A stretch of DNA of 64,000 nt. It comes from Lytechinus pictus. Its lineage: Eukaryota. Both the position numbers and the translations under genes were made by a program. Under the pieces are notes generated by a model, which was not told where the DNA came from, searched no databases, and saw only the letters and a list, made by a program, of their open reading frames with translations. Below, piece after piece: positions 1 through 13,171 of the stretch (positions are counted from its first letter, which is position 1; each line of letters starts with the position of its first letter). The stretch is taken from NCBI RefSeq assembly GCF_037042905.1, contig NC_087245.1, positions 35,280,001 through 35,344,000 of the forward strand, read 5' to 3'.

Positions 1-961
1 TATTAAAGCCAAATATTGATTGTCTGATCGTTTACATTGACGGGAGGCTCAATGACTTTTTCTCCATGAAGTAGACCTATTTTGATTTTTTTTAGCATCA
101 ATAACTACCATGTCCATTATCTGAAATGTGATCTCCTTTTCATTACCTCCTTCCTCCTAAATTCATCTTAAACATCCAAAATAACAACAACGGACAAAAT
201 AAAATGATTGGAAAGTAAAAACAGATAATTTCGATTAATTGGCAGGACGATTAATGTTGCCCAGTACGCGCCATTAATGAAGGGCCTCCGTTTCCTAGAA
301 ATAGGTCAATCCGAGAAGTCAACGAACTTTCTGACGTGACATCACAATGCGATGTGCGCAGAGTGAAAACTTTCAGCCAATCAGGGCGCGGTAACCAAGA
401 GAATGGCCACGGCGCACCTGTTTGTTTACTTTTTTTGCATATGGCCTAGACAAGCAATACGGATGTTTCATTCTCGTATAATGGACTTTCAGACACTGAC
501 TTGGGCTTTTATTCATGGAACTTACCTCACATTATCACAAGTCTTATTAATAAGGAAACTTCAAGTCGTTCGCTTTTTAAGAAAGAGGGAAAAGGAAGGG
601 GGAAAGGAATGTGTTTGAGGTAAATGATAAACACATTACATTCACGAATTTTATTCATTATTTTCGGAAAAGGTGTTTTTTTCAAGGTTAATAACAATCA
701 TTTTTCACATCTGTTAAATGCTAGTGTATCATTGACTGTTTTATTTTAATACTTATTTAACCTTCATTGTTCTCAACCTCAAAATATGATAAAAGAAAAG
801 TCGATTATTACTACTGTACTTATTTGATCGCTTCTAGTTTATTTTCTACTTACATTATATAGTTAACCAACATTGTATATTTACTTACTCTATAGTCCTA
901 CTACTTCTACCGCTACTGACAAGACTGATATCACTGCAACAATAATGCTTTAACTTTGTTT

Positions 962-978
962 CCTACTACTACTACTAT

Positions 979-1014
<36 letters not shown>

Positions 1015-1160
1015 TACTACTACTACTACTACTACTATTATTACTACTACTACTACTACTACTTCTACTACTACTACTTCTACTATTACTTCTACTACTA
1101 CTACTACTACTACTACTATACTACTACTACTAATAATAATAACAATTCTACTACTACTAT

Positions 1161-1210
<50 letters not shown>

Positions 1211-1259
1211 ACAATAATAATATCAATTCTACTACTACAACAACTACTACTACTACTAT
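962..1259. repeat. Compound (CTA/ACT)n microsatellite with (TAA)n interruptions; one block per array unit (first copy shown)
   Basis: Runs of ACT interrupted by TTC, ATT and AATAATAACAATT; ~300 bp in most units, ~630-1130 bp in others. Confidence 0.98.
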
Positions 1260-1910
1260 CCATGCAGAAAAGAAGGAAGGTAAATGATATTCATTCGACC
1301 CAACCAAATTATCCAAAACTTTTAATTTGATAATAGCTAATTGACAAAATTGCATGCCTATTCATGATTCGTCATCTTACTCTGATTCTAGGAAAGGCAA
1401 TCACTGACCTTCCTTTGTCCAAAGGAGTGAGAAATATTGAGAAATATCTCTTTGCTTTTTGAACTATATTTAACTGGCGGAGGAATTAGGGCGCTATTTT
1501 ACCTTTTCAAGCGAAGAATGAGATGTCCTCATGATTACGGGATATTTTCAAAAACGTTGATTTATTTTCGAAATCATCTGGTCGGACGACATAATTTTTA
1601 TATACGCTTTGCTGGTAAGATTATATGAAAAGTCAGATACTGGTAGAAATAATTTGTTCCTCTAATTTCATTCTAATATTTCCAAAAATGAAAATTAAAA
1701 TGAAAATAAAGAGCTGTATTTACACACAAAGTCATTGTGTCTGTGGGGGAAATGGAAATGTTTATGCTCGTGGCGTCAGTTGTCGTTACAGATAGCTCAC
1801 ACAATTTTAGATCACTTAAACAAGATCATGTAATAATGAATCCGAATTCTTTTTATGAGACGCGGTTCAACGTAGTCATGAGACAGACATCGAGATTGCC
1901 AATCTTAAGT

Positions 1911-2107
1911 TTAAAGGGATGGTCCAGGCTCGAGATATTTGTATCTCAATAAATAGAGCAAAATGCTGGAAATTTGAACAAAATCGGTAAACAAAACGAA
2001 GTTATTGAAAAAATTTAAAGATTTTGATTATTCCGGTATAACAATTCTAGGCATGTCTTCGATAATATTCATTAGATGGGCTGATTATGTCATATCCCTA
2101 CTTGTTC
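1911..2107 (+). mobile_element. Truncated TTAA-type (Kolobok/piggyBac-like) MITE end embedded in every array unit (first copy shown)
   Basis: Begins TTAAAGGGATGGTCC and contains CAAAATCGG(ATAAC)...GAATATTCATTAGATGGGCTGATGATGTCATATCCC, which resembles an abundant echinoderm non-autonomous element from memory. No matching second terminus in the unit. Confidence 0.6.
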
Positions 2108-3175
2108 ATTAGCCCCGGTCGACCCCTCCCCCAACAAAAAAAGAATAAAGGAAAATTGATATTAAACAGATGGTCAGAATTCGAGAAGAGAACAAACTTC
2201 CTTTTCACTAGTAAAGGCAAATATTGATTGTCTGATCGTTCACATTGACGGGAGGCTCAATGACCTTTTCTCCATGAAGTAGGCCTATTTTGATTTTTTA
2301 GCATCAATAACTACCATGTCCATTATCTAAAATGTGATCTCCTTTTCATTACCTCCTTCCTCCTAAATTCATCTTAAACATCCAAAATAACAATAACGGA
2401 CAAAATAAAATGATTAGAAAGTAAAAACAGATAATTTCGATTAATTGGCAGGATGATTAATGTTGCCGAGTACGCGCCATTAATGAAGGGCCTCCGTTTC
2501 CTAGAAATAGGTCAATCAGAGAAGTCAACGAACTTTCTGACGTGACATCACAATGCGATGTGCGCAGAGTGAAAACTTTCAGCCAATCAGGGCGCGGTAA
2601 CCAAGAGAATGGCCACGGCGCACCTGTTTGTTTACTGTTTTTGCATATGGCCTGGACAAGCAATACGGATGTTTCATTCTCGTATAATGGACTTTCAAAC
2701 ACTGACTTGGGCTTTTATTCATGGAACTTACCTCACATTATCACAAGTCTTATTAATAAGGAAACTTCAAGTCGTTCGCTTTTTCAGAAAGAGGGAAAAA
2801 AAGGGGGAAAGGAATGTGTTTGAGGTAAATGATAAACACGTTATATTCACGAATTTTATTCATTATTTTCGGGAGAGAAGGTGTTTTTTCAAGGTTAATT
2901 ACAATCATTTTTCACATCTGTTAAATGCTAGTGTATCATTGACTGTTTTATTTTAATACTTATTTAACCTTCATTGTTCTCAACCTCAAAATATGATAAA
3001 AGGAAAGTCCATTATTACTACTGTAGGCCTACTGATTTGATCGCTTCTAGCTAATTTTCTACATACACTATATAGTTAACAGACATTGTATATTTACTTA
3101 CTCTATAGTCCTACTACTTCTACCGCTACTGACATGACTGATATCACTGCAACAATAATGCTTTAACTTTCTTTC

Positions 3176-3227
<52 letters not shown>

Positions 3228-3433
3228 TACTACTACTACTACTACTACTATTACTTCTACTACTATTACTACTATACTACTACTACTAATAATAACAATT
3301 CTACTACTACTATTACTACTACTACTACTACTACTACTAATAATAATAACAATTCTACTACTACTATTACTACTACTACTACAACTACTTCTATTACTAC
3401 TACTTCTACTACTACTACTACTACTACTACTAT

Positions 3434-3473
<40 letters not shown>

Positions 3474-5719
3474 CTTACTACTACTACTACTACTACTACT
3501 ACTATTACCTCTACTACTATTACTACTACTACTATACTACTACTAATAATAATAATAACAATTCTACTACTACTATTACTTATGCTACTACTACTACTAC
3601 TACTACTACTAATAATAATAATAATAATAATAACAATTCTACTACTACTACTACTTCTACTACTGCTACTACTAATACTACTTCTACTACGACTACTACT
3701 ACCACTTCTACTACTACTACTACTACTACTACTACCACTACTACTACTATACTACTAATAATAATATCAATTCTACTACTACAACAACTACTACTACTAC
3801 TATCCATGCAGAAAAGAAGGAAGGTAAATGATATTCATTCGACCCAACCAAATCATCAAAAACTTTTAATTTGATAATAGCTGATTGACAAAATTGCATG
3901 CCTATTCATGATTCGTCATCTTACTCTGATTCTAGGAAAGGCAATCACTGACCTTCCTTTGTCCAAAGGAGTGAGAAATATTGAGAAATATCTCTTTGCT
4001 TTTTGAACTATATTTAACTGGCGGAGGAATTAGGGCGCTATTTTACCTTTTCAAGCGAAGAATGAGATGTCCTCATGATTACGGGATATTTTCAAAAACG
4101 TTGATTTATTTTCGAAATCATCTGGTCGGACGACATAATTTTTATATACGCTTTTCTGGTCAGATTATATGAAAAGTCAGATACTGGTAGAAATAGTTTG
4201 TTCCTCTAATTTCATTCTAATATTTCCAAAAATGAAAATGAAAATGAAAATAAAGAGCTGTATTTACACACAAAGTCATTGTGTCTGTGGGGGAAATGGA
4301 AATGTTTATGCTCGTGGCGTCAGTTGTCGTTACAGATAGCTCATACAATTTTAGATCACTTAAACAAGATCATGTAATAATGAATCCGAATTCTTTTTAT
4401 GAGACGCGGTTCAACGTAGTCATGAGACAGACACCGAGATTGCCAATCTTAAGTTTAAAGGGATGGTCCAGGCTCGATATATTTGTATCTCAATAAATAG
4501 AGCAAAATGCTGGAAATTTGAACAAAATCGGTAAACAAAACGAAGTTATTGAAAAAATTTAAAGATTTTGATTATTCCGGTATAACAATTCTAGGCATGT
4601 CTTCGATAATATTCATTAGATGGGCTGATTATGTCATATCCCTACTTGTTCATTAGCCCCGGTCGACCCCTCCCCCAACAAAAAAAGAATAAAGGAAAAT
4701 TGATATTAAACAGATGGTCAGAATTCGAGAAGAGAACAAACTTCCTTTTCACTAGTAAAGGCAAATATTGATTGTCTGATCGTTCACATTGACGGGAGGC
4801 TCAATGACCTTTTCTCCATGAAGTAGGCCTATTTTGATTTTTTAGCATCAATAACTACCATGTCCATTATCTAAAATGTGATCTCCTTTTCATTACCTCC
4901 TTCCTCCTAAATTCATCTTAAACATCCAAAATAACAATAACGGACAAAATAAAATGATTAGAAAGTAAAAACAGATAATTTCGATTAATTGGCAGGATGA
5001 TTAATGTTGCCCAGTACGCGCCATTAATGAAGGGCCTCCGTTTCCTAGAAATAGGTCAATCAGAGAAGTCAACGAACTTTCTGACGTGACATCACAATGC
5101 GATGTGCGCAGAGTGAAAACTTTCAGCCAATCAGGGCGCGGTAACCAAGAGAATGGCCACGGCGCACCTGTTTGTTTACTGTTTTTGCATATGGCCTGGA
5201 CAAGCAATACGGATGTTTCATTCTCGTATAATGGACTTTCAAACACTGACTTGGGCTTTTATTCATGGAACTTACCTCACATTATCACAAGTCTTATTAA
5301 TAAGGAAACTTCAAGTCGTTCGCTTTTTCAGAAAGAGGGAAAAAAAGGGGGAAAGGAATGTGTTTGAGGTAAATGATAAACACGTTATATTCACGAATTT
5401 TATTCATTTTTTTCGGGAGAGAAGGTGTTTTTTCAAGGTTAATTACAATCATTTTTCACATCTGTTAAATGCTAGTGTATCATTGACTGTTTTATTTTAA
5501 TACTTATTTAACCTTCATTGTTCTCAACCTCAAAATATGATAAAAGGAAAGTCCATTATTACTACTGTAGGCCTACTGATTTGATCGCTTCTAGCTAATT
5601 TTCTACATACACTATATAGTTAACAGACATTGTATATTTACTTACTCTATAGTCCTACTACTTCTACCGCTACTGACATGACTGATATCACTGCAACAAT
5701 AATGCTTTAACTTTCTTTC

Positions 5720-5771
<52 letters not shown>

Positions 5772-6028
5772 TACTACTACTACTACTACTACTATTATTA
5801 CTACTACTACTACTTCTACTACTACTACTACTACTACTACTACTATTACTTCTACTACTATTACTACTATACTACTACTACTAATAATAACAATTCTACT
5901 ACTACTATTACTACTACTACTACTACTAATAATAATAATAATAACAATTCTACTACTACTATTACTACTACTACTACAACTACTTCTACTACTACTACTT
6001 CTACTACTACTACTACTACTACTACTAT

Positions 6029-6068
<40 letters not shown>

Positions 6069-6470
6069 CTTACTACTACTACTACTACTACTACTACTAT
6101 TACCTCTACTACTATTACTACTACTACTATACTACTACTAATAATAATAATAACAATTCTACTACTACTATTACTTATGCTACTACTTCTACTACTACTA
6201 CTACTACTACTACTACTAATAATAATAATAATAACAATTCTACTACTACTACTACTTCTACTACTGCTACTACTAATACTACTTCTACTACGACTACTAC
6301 TACCACTTCTACTACTACTACTACTACTACCACTACTACTACTATACTACTAATAATAATATCAATTCTACTACTACAACAACTACTACTACTACTATCC
6401 ATGCAGAAAAGAAGGAAGGTAAATGATATTCATTCGACCCAACCAAATCATCAAAAACTTTTAATTTGAT

Positions 6471-6726
6471 TCAGATTTAGATTCAGATTTATTTCCAACA
6501 GAAATAACATAAATATTGATACAAATCATTTTCATACATTGTAACAAATATTTGCGATACAAATCATTGTCTTTATAATCATAGTAAAAAAACATTCATG
6601 ATAATTAACATATAAAGATATATACAAAATGTGGTGCATTTCGTAGACAAATTATAAAATATAATTCAAATAGAAAAAAAAGGTATCTGTGGAAATAGGA
6701 GATTCACTCAAAAGCAAAGCTTGTAT
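6471..6726 (-). mobile_element. 256-bp insertion, probably the 3' UTR and tail of a 5'-truncated CR1/L2-group LINE
   Basis: Absent from all other units (empty site TTTGAT|AATAG). On the minus strand it ends AATAAATCTGAATCTAAATCTGA, a polyA signal plus short-repeat tail. Only 2 bp (AT) are duplicated at the junction. Confidence 0.75.
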
Positions 6727-7399
6727 AATAGCTGATTGACAAAATTGCATGCCTATTCATGATTCGTCATCTTACTCTGATTCTAGGAAAGGCAATCACT
6801 GACCTTCCTTTGTCCAAAGGAGTGAGAAATATTGAGAAATATCTCTTTGCTTTTTGAACTATATTTAACTGGCGGAGGAATTAGGGCGCTATTTTACCTT
6901 TTCAAGCGAAGAATGAGATGTCCTCATGATTACGGGATATTTTCAAAAACGTTGATTTATTTTCGAAATCATCTGGTCGGACGACATAATTTTATATACG
7001 CTTTTCTGGTCAGATTATATGAAAAGTCAGATACTGGTAGAAATAGTTTGTTCCTCTAATTTCATTCTAATATTTCCAAAAATGAAAATTAAAATGAAAA
7101 TAAAGAGCTGTATTTACACACAAAGTCATTGTGTCTGTGGGGGAAATGGAAATGTTTATGCTCGTGGCGTCAGTTGTCGTTACAGATAGCTCATACAATT
7201 TTAGATCACTTAAACAAGATCATGTAATAATGAATCCGAATTCTTTTCATGAGACGCGGTTCAACGTAGTCATGAGACAGACACCGAGATTGCCAATCTT
7301 AAGTTTAAAGGGATGGTCCAGGCTCGATATATTTGTATCTCAATAAATAGAGCAAAATGCTGGAAATTTGAACAAAATCGGATAACAAAACGAAGTTAT

Positions 7400-8580
7400 T
7401 GAAAAAATAAAAAGATTTTGATTATTCCGGTATAACAATTCTAAGCATGTCTTCGTGAATATTCATTAGATGGGCTGATGATGTCATATCCCTACTTGTT
7501 CATTAGCCCCGGTCGACCCCTCCCCCAACAAAAAATGAATAAAGGAAAATTGATAATAAATAGATGGTCAGAATTCGAGGAGAGAACAAACTTCCTTTTC
7601 ACTATTAAAGGCAAATATTGATTGTCTGATCGTTCACATTGACGGGAGGCTCAATGACTTTTTCTCCATGAAGTAGACCTATTTTGATTTTTTTTTAGCA
7701 TCAATAACTACCATGTCCATTATCTGAAATGTGATCTCCTTTTCATTACCTCCTTCCTCCTAAATTCATCTTAAACATCCAAAATAACAACAACGGACAA
7801 AATAAAATGATTGGAAACTAAAAACAGATAATTTCGATTAATTGGCAGGACGATTAATGTTGCCCAGTACGCGCCATTAATGAAGGGCCTCCGTTTCCTA
7901 GAAATAGGTCAATCCGAGAAGTCAACGAACTTTCTGACGTGACATCACAATGCGATGTGCGCAGAGTGAAAACTTTCAGCCAATCAGGGCGCGGTAACCA
8001 AGAGAATGGCCACGGCGCACCTGTTGTTTACTTTTTTTGCATATGGCCTGGACAAGCAATACGGATGTTTCATTCTCGTATAATGGACTTTCAGACACTG
8101 ACTTGGGCTTTTATTCATGGAACTTACCTCACATTATCACAAGTCTTATTAATAAGGAAACTTCAAGTCGTTCGCTTTTTAAGAAAGAGGGAAAAGGAAG
8201 GGGGAAAGGAATGTGTTTGAGGTAAATGATAAACACATTACATTCACGAATTTTATTCATTATTTTCGGAAGAGGTGTTTTTTTCAAGGTTAATTACAAT
8301 CATTGTTCACATCTGTTAAATGCTAGTGTATCATTGACTGTTTTATTTTAATACTTATTTAACCTTCATTGTTCTCAACCTCAAAATATGATAAAAGAAA
8401 AGTCGATTATTACTACTGTACTTATTTGATCGCTTCTAGTTTATTTTCTACTTACATTATATAGTTAACCAACATTGTATATTTACTTACTCTATAGTCC
8501 TACTACTTCTACCGCTACTGACATGACTGATATCACTGCAACAATAATGCTTTAACTTTGTTTCCTACTACTACTACTAT

Positions 8581-8616
<36 letters not shown>

Positions 8617-8643
8617 TACTACTACTACTACTACTACTATTAT

Positions 8644-8675
<32 letters not shown>

Positions 8676-10759
8676 ATACTACTACTTCTACTATTACTTC
8701 TACTACTACTACTACTACTACTATACTACTACTACTAATAATAATAACAATTCTACTACTACTATTACTACTACTACTACTACTACTACTACTAACAATA
8801 ATAATATCAATTCTACTACTACAACAACTACTACTACTACTATCCATGCAGAAAAGAAGGAAGGTAAATGATATTCATTCGACCCAACCAAATTATCCAA
8901 AACTTTTAATTTGATAATAGCTAATTGACAAAATTGCATGCCTATTCATGATTCGTCATCTTACTCTGATTCTAGGAAAGGCAATCACTGACCTTCCTTT
9001 GTCCAAAGGAGTGAGAAATATTGAGAAATATCTCTTTGCTTTTTGAACTATATTTAACTGGCGGAGGAATTAGGGCGCTATTTTACCTTTTCAAGCGAAG
9101 AATGAGATGTCCTCATGATTACGGGATATTTTCAAAAACGTTGATTTATTTTCGAAATCATCTGGTCGGACGACATAATTTTTATATACGCTTTGCTGGT
9201 AAGATGATATGAAAAGTCAGATACTGGTAGAAATAATTTGTTCCTCTAATTTCATTCTAATATTTCCAAAAATGAAAATTAAAATGAAAATAAAGAGCTG
9301 TATTTACACACAAAGTCATTGTGTCTGTGGGGGAAATGGAAATGTTTATGCTCGTGGCGTCAGTTGTCGTTACAGATAGCTCACACAATTTTAGATCACT
9401 TAAACAAAATCATGTAATAATGAATCCGAATTCTTTTTATGAGACGCGGTTCAACGTAGTCATGAGACAGACATCGAGATTGCCAATCTTAAGTTTAAAG
9501 GGATGGTCCAGGCTCGAGATATTTGTATCTCAATAAATAGAGCAAAATGCTGGAAATTTGAACAAAATCGGTAAACAAAACGAAGTTATTGAAAAAATTT
9601 AAAGATTTTGATTATTCCGGTATAACAATTCTAGGCATGTCTTCGATAATATTCATTAGATGGGCTGATGATGTCATATCCCTACTTGTTCATTAGCCCC
9701 GGTCGACCCCTCCCCCAACAAAAAAAGAATAAAGGAAAATTGATATTAAACAGATGGTCAGAATTCGAGAAGAGAACAAACTTCCTTTTCACTAGTAAAG
9801 CCAAATATTGATTGTCTGATCGTTCACATTGACGGGAGGCTCAATGACCTTTTCTCCATGAAGTAGGCCTATTTTGATTTTTTAGCATCAATAACTACCA
9901 TGTCCATTATCTAAAATGTGATCTCCTTTTCATTACCTCCTTCCTCCTAAATTCATCTTAAACATCCAAAATAACAATAACGGACAAAATAAAATGATTA
10001 GAAAGTAAAAACAGATAATTTCGATTAATTGGCAGGATGATTAATGTTGCCCAGTACGCGCCATTAATGAAGGGCCTCCGTTTCCTAGAAATAGGTCAAT
10101 CAGAGAAGTCAACGAACTTTCTGACGTGACATCACAATGCGATGTGCGCAGAGTGAAAACTTTCAGCCAATCAGGGCGCGGTAACCAAGAGAATGGCCAC
10201 GGCGCACCTGTTTGTTTACTGTTTTTGCATATGGCCTGGACAAGCAATACGGATGTTTCATTCTCGTATAATGGACTTTCAAACACTGACCTGGGCTTTT
10301 ATTCATGGAACTTACCTCACATTATCACAAGTCTTATTAATAAGGAAACTTCAAGTCGTTCGCTTTTTCAGAAAGAGGGAAAAAAAGGGGGAAAGGAATG
10401 TGTTTGAGGTAAATGATAAACACGTTATATTCACGAATTTTATTCATTATTTTCGGGAGAGAAGGTGTTTTTTCAAGGTTAATTACAATCATTTTTCACA
10501 TCTGTTAAATGCTAGTGTATCCTTGACTGTTTTATTTTAATACTTATTTAACCTTCATTGTTCTCAACCTCAAAATATGATAAAAGGAAAGTCCATTATT
10601 ACTACTGTAGGCCTAGTGATTTGATCGCTTCTAGCTAATTTTCTACATACACTATATAGTTAACAGACATTGTATATTTACTTACTCTATAGTCCTACTA
10701 CTTCTACCGCTACTGACATGACTGATATCACTGCAACAATAATGCTTTAACTTTCTTTC

Positions 10760-10808
<49 letters not shown>

Positions 10809-10942
10809 TACTACTACTACTACTACTACTATTACTACTACTACTACTACTTCTACTACTACTACTACTACTACTACTATTACTTCTACTACTACTACTA
10901 TACTACTACTAATAATAATAATAACAATTCTACTACTACTAT

Positions 10943-10989
<47 letters not shown>

Positions 10990-12949
10990 ACAATAATAAT
11001 ATCAATTCTACTACTACAACAACTACTACTACTACTATCCATGCAGAAAAGAAGGAAGGTAAATGATATTCATTCGACCCAACCAAATTATCCAAAACTT
11101 TTAATTTGATAATAGCTAATTGACAAAATTGCATGCCTATTCATGATTCGTCATCTTACTCTGATTCTAGGAAAGGCAATCACTGACCTTCCTTTGTCCA
11201 AAGGAGTGAGAAATATTGAGAAATATCTCTTTGCTTTTTGAACTATATTTAACTGGCGGAGGAATTAGGGCGCTATTTTATCTTTTCAAGCGAAGAATGA
11301 GATGTCCTCATGATTACGGGATATTTTCAAAAACGTTGATTTATTTTCGAAATCATCTGGTCGGACGACATAATTTTTATATACGCTTTGCTGGTAAGAT
11401 TATATGAAAAGTCAGATACTGGTAGAAATAATTTGTTCCTCTAATTTCATTCTAATATTTCCAAAAATGAAAATTAAAATGAAAATAAAGAGCTGTATTT
11501 ACACACAAAGTCATTGTGTCTGTGGGGGAAATGGAAATGTTTATGCTCGTGGCGTCAGTTGTCGTTACAGATAGCTCACACAATTTTAGATCACTTAAAC
11601 AAGATCATGTAATAATGAATCCGAATTCTTTTTATGAGACGCGGTTCAACGTAGTCATGAGACAGACATCGAGATTGCCAATCTTAAGTTTAAAGGGATG
11701 GTCCAGGCTCGAGATATTTGTATCTCAATAAATAGAGCAAAATGCTGGAAATTTGAACAAAATCGGATAACAAAACGAAGTTATTGAAAAAATATAAAGA
11801 TTTTGATTATTCCGGTATAACAATTCTAAGCATGTCTTCGTGAATATTCATTAGATGGGCTGATGATGTCATATCCCTACTTGTTCATTAGCCCCGGTCG
11901 ACCCCTCCCCCAACAAAAAATGAATAAAGGAAAATTGATAATAAACAGATGGTCAGAATTCGAGGAGAGAACAAACTTCCTTTTCACTATTAAAGGCAAA
12001 TATTGATTGTCTGATCGTTTACATTGACGGGAGGCTCAATGACTTTTTCTCCATGAAGTAGACCTATTTTGATTTTTGTTAGCATCAATAACTACCATGT
12101 CCATTATCTGAAATGTGATCTCCTTTTCATTACCTCCTTCCTCCTAAATTCATCTTAAACATCCAAAATAACAACAACGGACAAAATAAAATGATTGGAA
12201 AGTAAAAACAGATAATTTCGATTAATTGGCAGGACGATTAATGTTGCCCAGTACGCGCCATTAATGAAGGGCCTCCGTTTCCTAGAAATAGGTCAATCCG
12301 AGAAGTCAACGAACTTTCTGACGTGACATCACAATGCGATGTGCGCAGAGTGAAAACTTTCAGCCAATCAGGGCGCGGTAACCAAGAGAATGGCCACGGC
12401 GCACCTGTTTGTTTACTTTTTTTGCATATGGCCTGGACAAGCAATACGGATGTTTCATTCTCGTATAATGGACTTTCAGACACTGACTTGGGCTTTTATT
12501 CATGGAACTTACCTCACATTATCACAAGTCTTATTAATAAGGAAACTTCAAGTCGTTCGCTTTTTAAGAAAGAGGGAAAAGGAAGGGGGAAAGGAATGTG
12601 TTTGAGGTAAATGATAAACACATTACATTCACGAATTTTATTCATTATTTTCGGAAGAGGTGTTTTTTTCAAGGTTAATTACAATCATTTTTCACATCTG
12701 TTAAATGCTAGTGTATCATTGACTGTTTTATTTTAATATTTATTTAACCTTCATTGTTCTCAACCTCAAAATATGATAAAAGAAAAGTCGATTATTACTA
12801 CTGTACTTATTTGATCGCTTCTAGTTTATTTTCTACTTACATTATATAGTTAACCAACATTGTATATTTACTTACTCTATAGTCCTACTACTTCTACCGC
12901 TACTGACATGACTGATATCACTGCAACAATAATGCTTTAACTTTGTTTC

Positions 12950-12983
<34 letters not shown>

Positions 12984-13132
12984 TACTACTACTACTACTA
13001 CTACTATTATTACTACTACTACTACTACTACTACTTCTACTACTACTACTTCTACTATTACTTCTACTACTACTACTACTACTACTACTATACTACTACT
13101 AATAATAATAATAACAATTCTACTACTACTAT

Positions 13133-13171
<39 letters not shown>

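Noticed and set aside
827..835. ATCGCTTCT, identical to the U2 snRNA 5' end
   Set aside because: Match stops after 9 nt; no branch-site recognition sequence or U2 stem-loops follow.
931..1355. Poly-Thr/Leu/Val/Ser ORFs in every unit (mucin-like exon idea: acceptor CTCTATAG at ~895, donor GAAG|GTAAAT at ~1279)
   Set aside because: These are translations of the (CTA)n microsatellite. A fixed TAA follows the acceptor in the Thr frame, most copies frameshift at CTATACTAC, and splice phases are not symmetric.
1411..1426. 6-bp stem, 4-nt loop hairpin TCCTTT-GTCC-AAAGGA resembling histone stem-loop geometry
   Set aside because: Sequence does not fit the histone consensus, there is no upstream histone ORF, and one edge copy disrupts the stem.
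1771..1873. Pol III A-box-like TGGCGTCAGTTG and B-box-like GGTTCAACG
   Set aside because: Both are imperfect, a T5 terminator lies between them, and no cloverleaf is evident.
403..2956. Recurrent 63-115 aa ORFs (MATAH..., MRNISL..., MSVGEM..., MTSQCD..., MSESPL...)
   Set aside because: They recur only because the DNA is repeated. Most use non-ATG starts, show no recognisable domain, and are frameshifted between A, B and edge copies.
9662..9699. GGGCTGATGA...TCATTAGCCC hairpin with a box C-like TGATGA (snoRNA idea)
   Set aside because: Mostly within the MITE-derived segment, no suitably placed box D, TGATGA is mutated in copies at ~2082 and ~4625, and the left arm is deleted in two edge copies.
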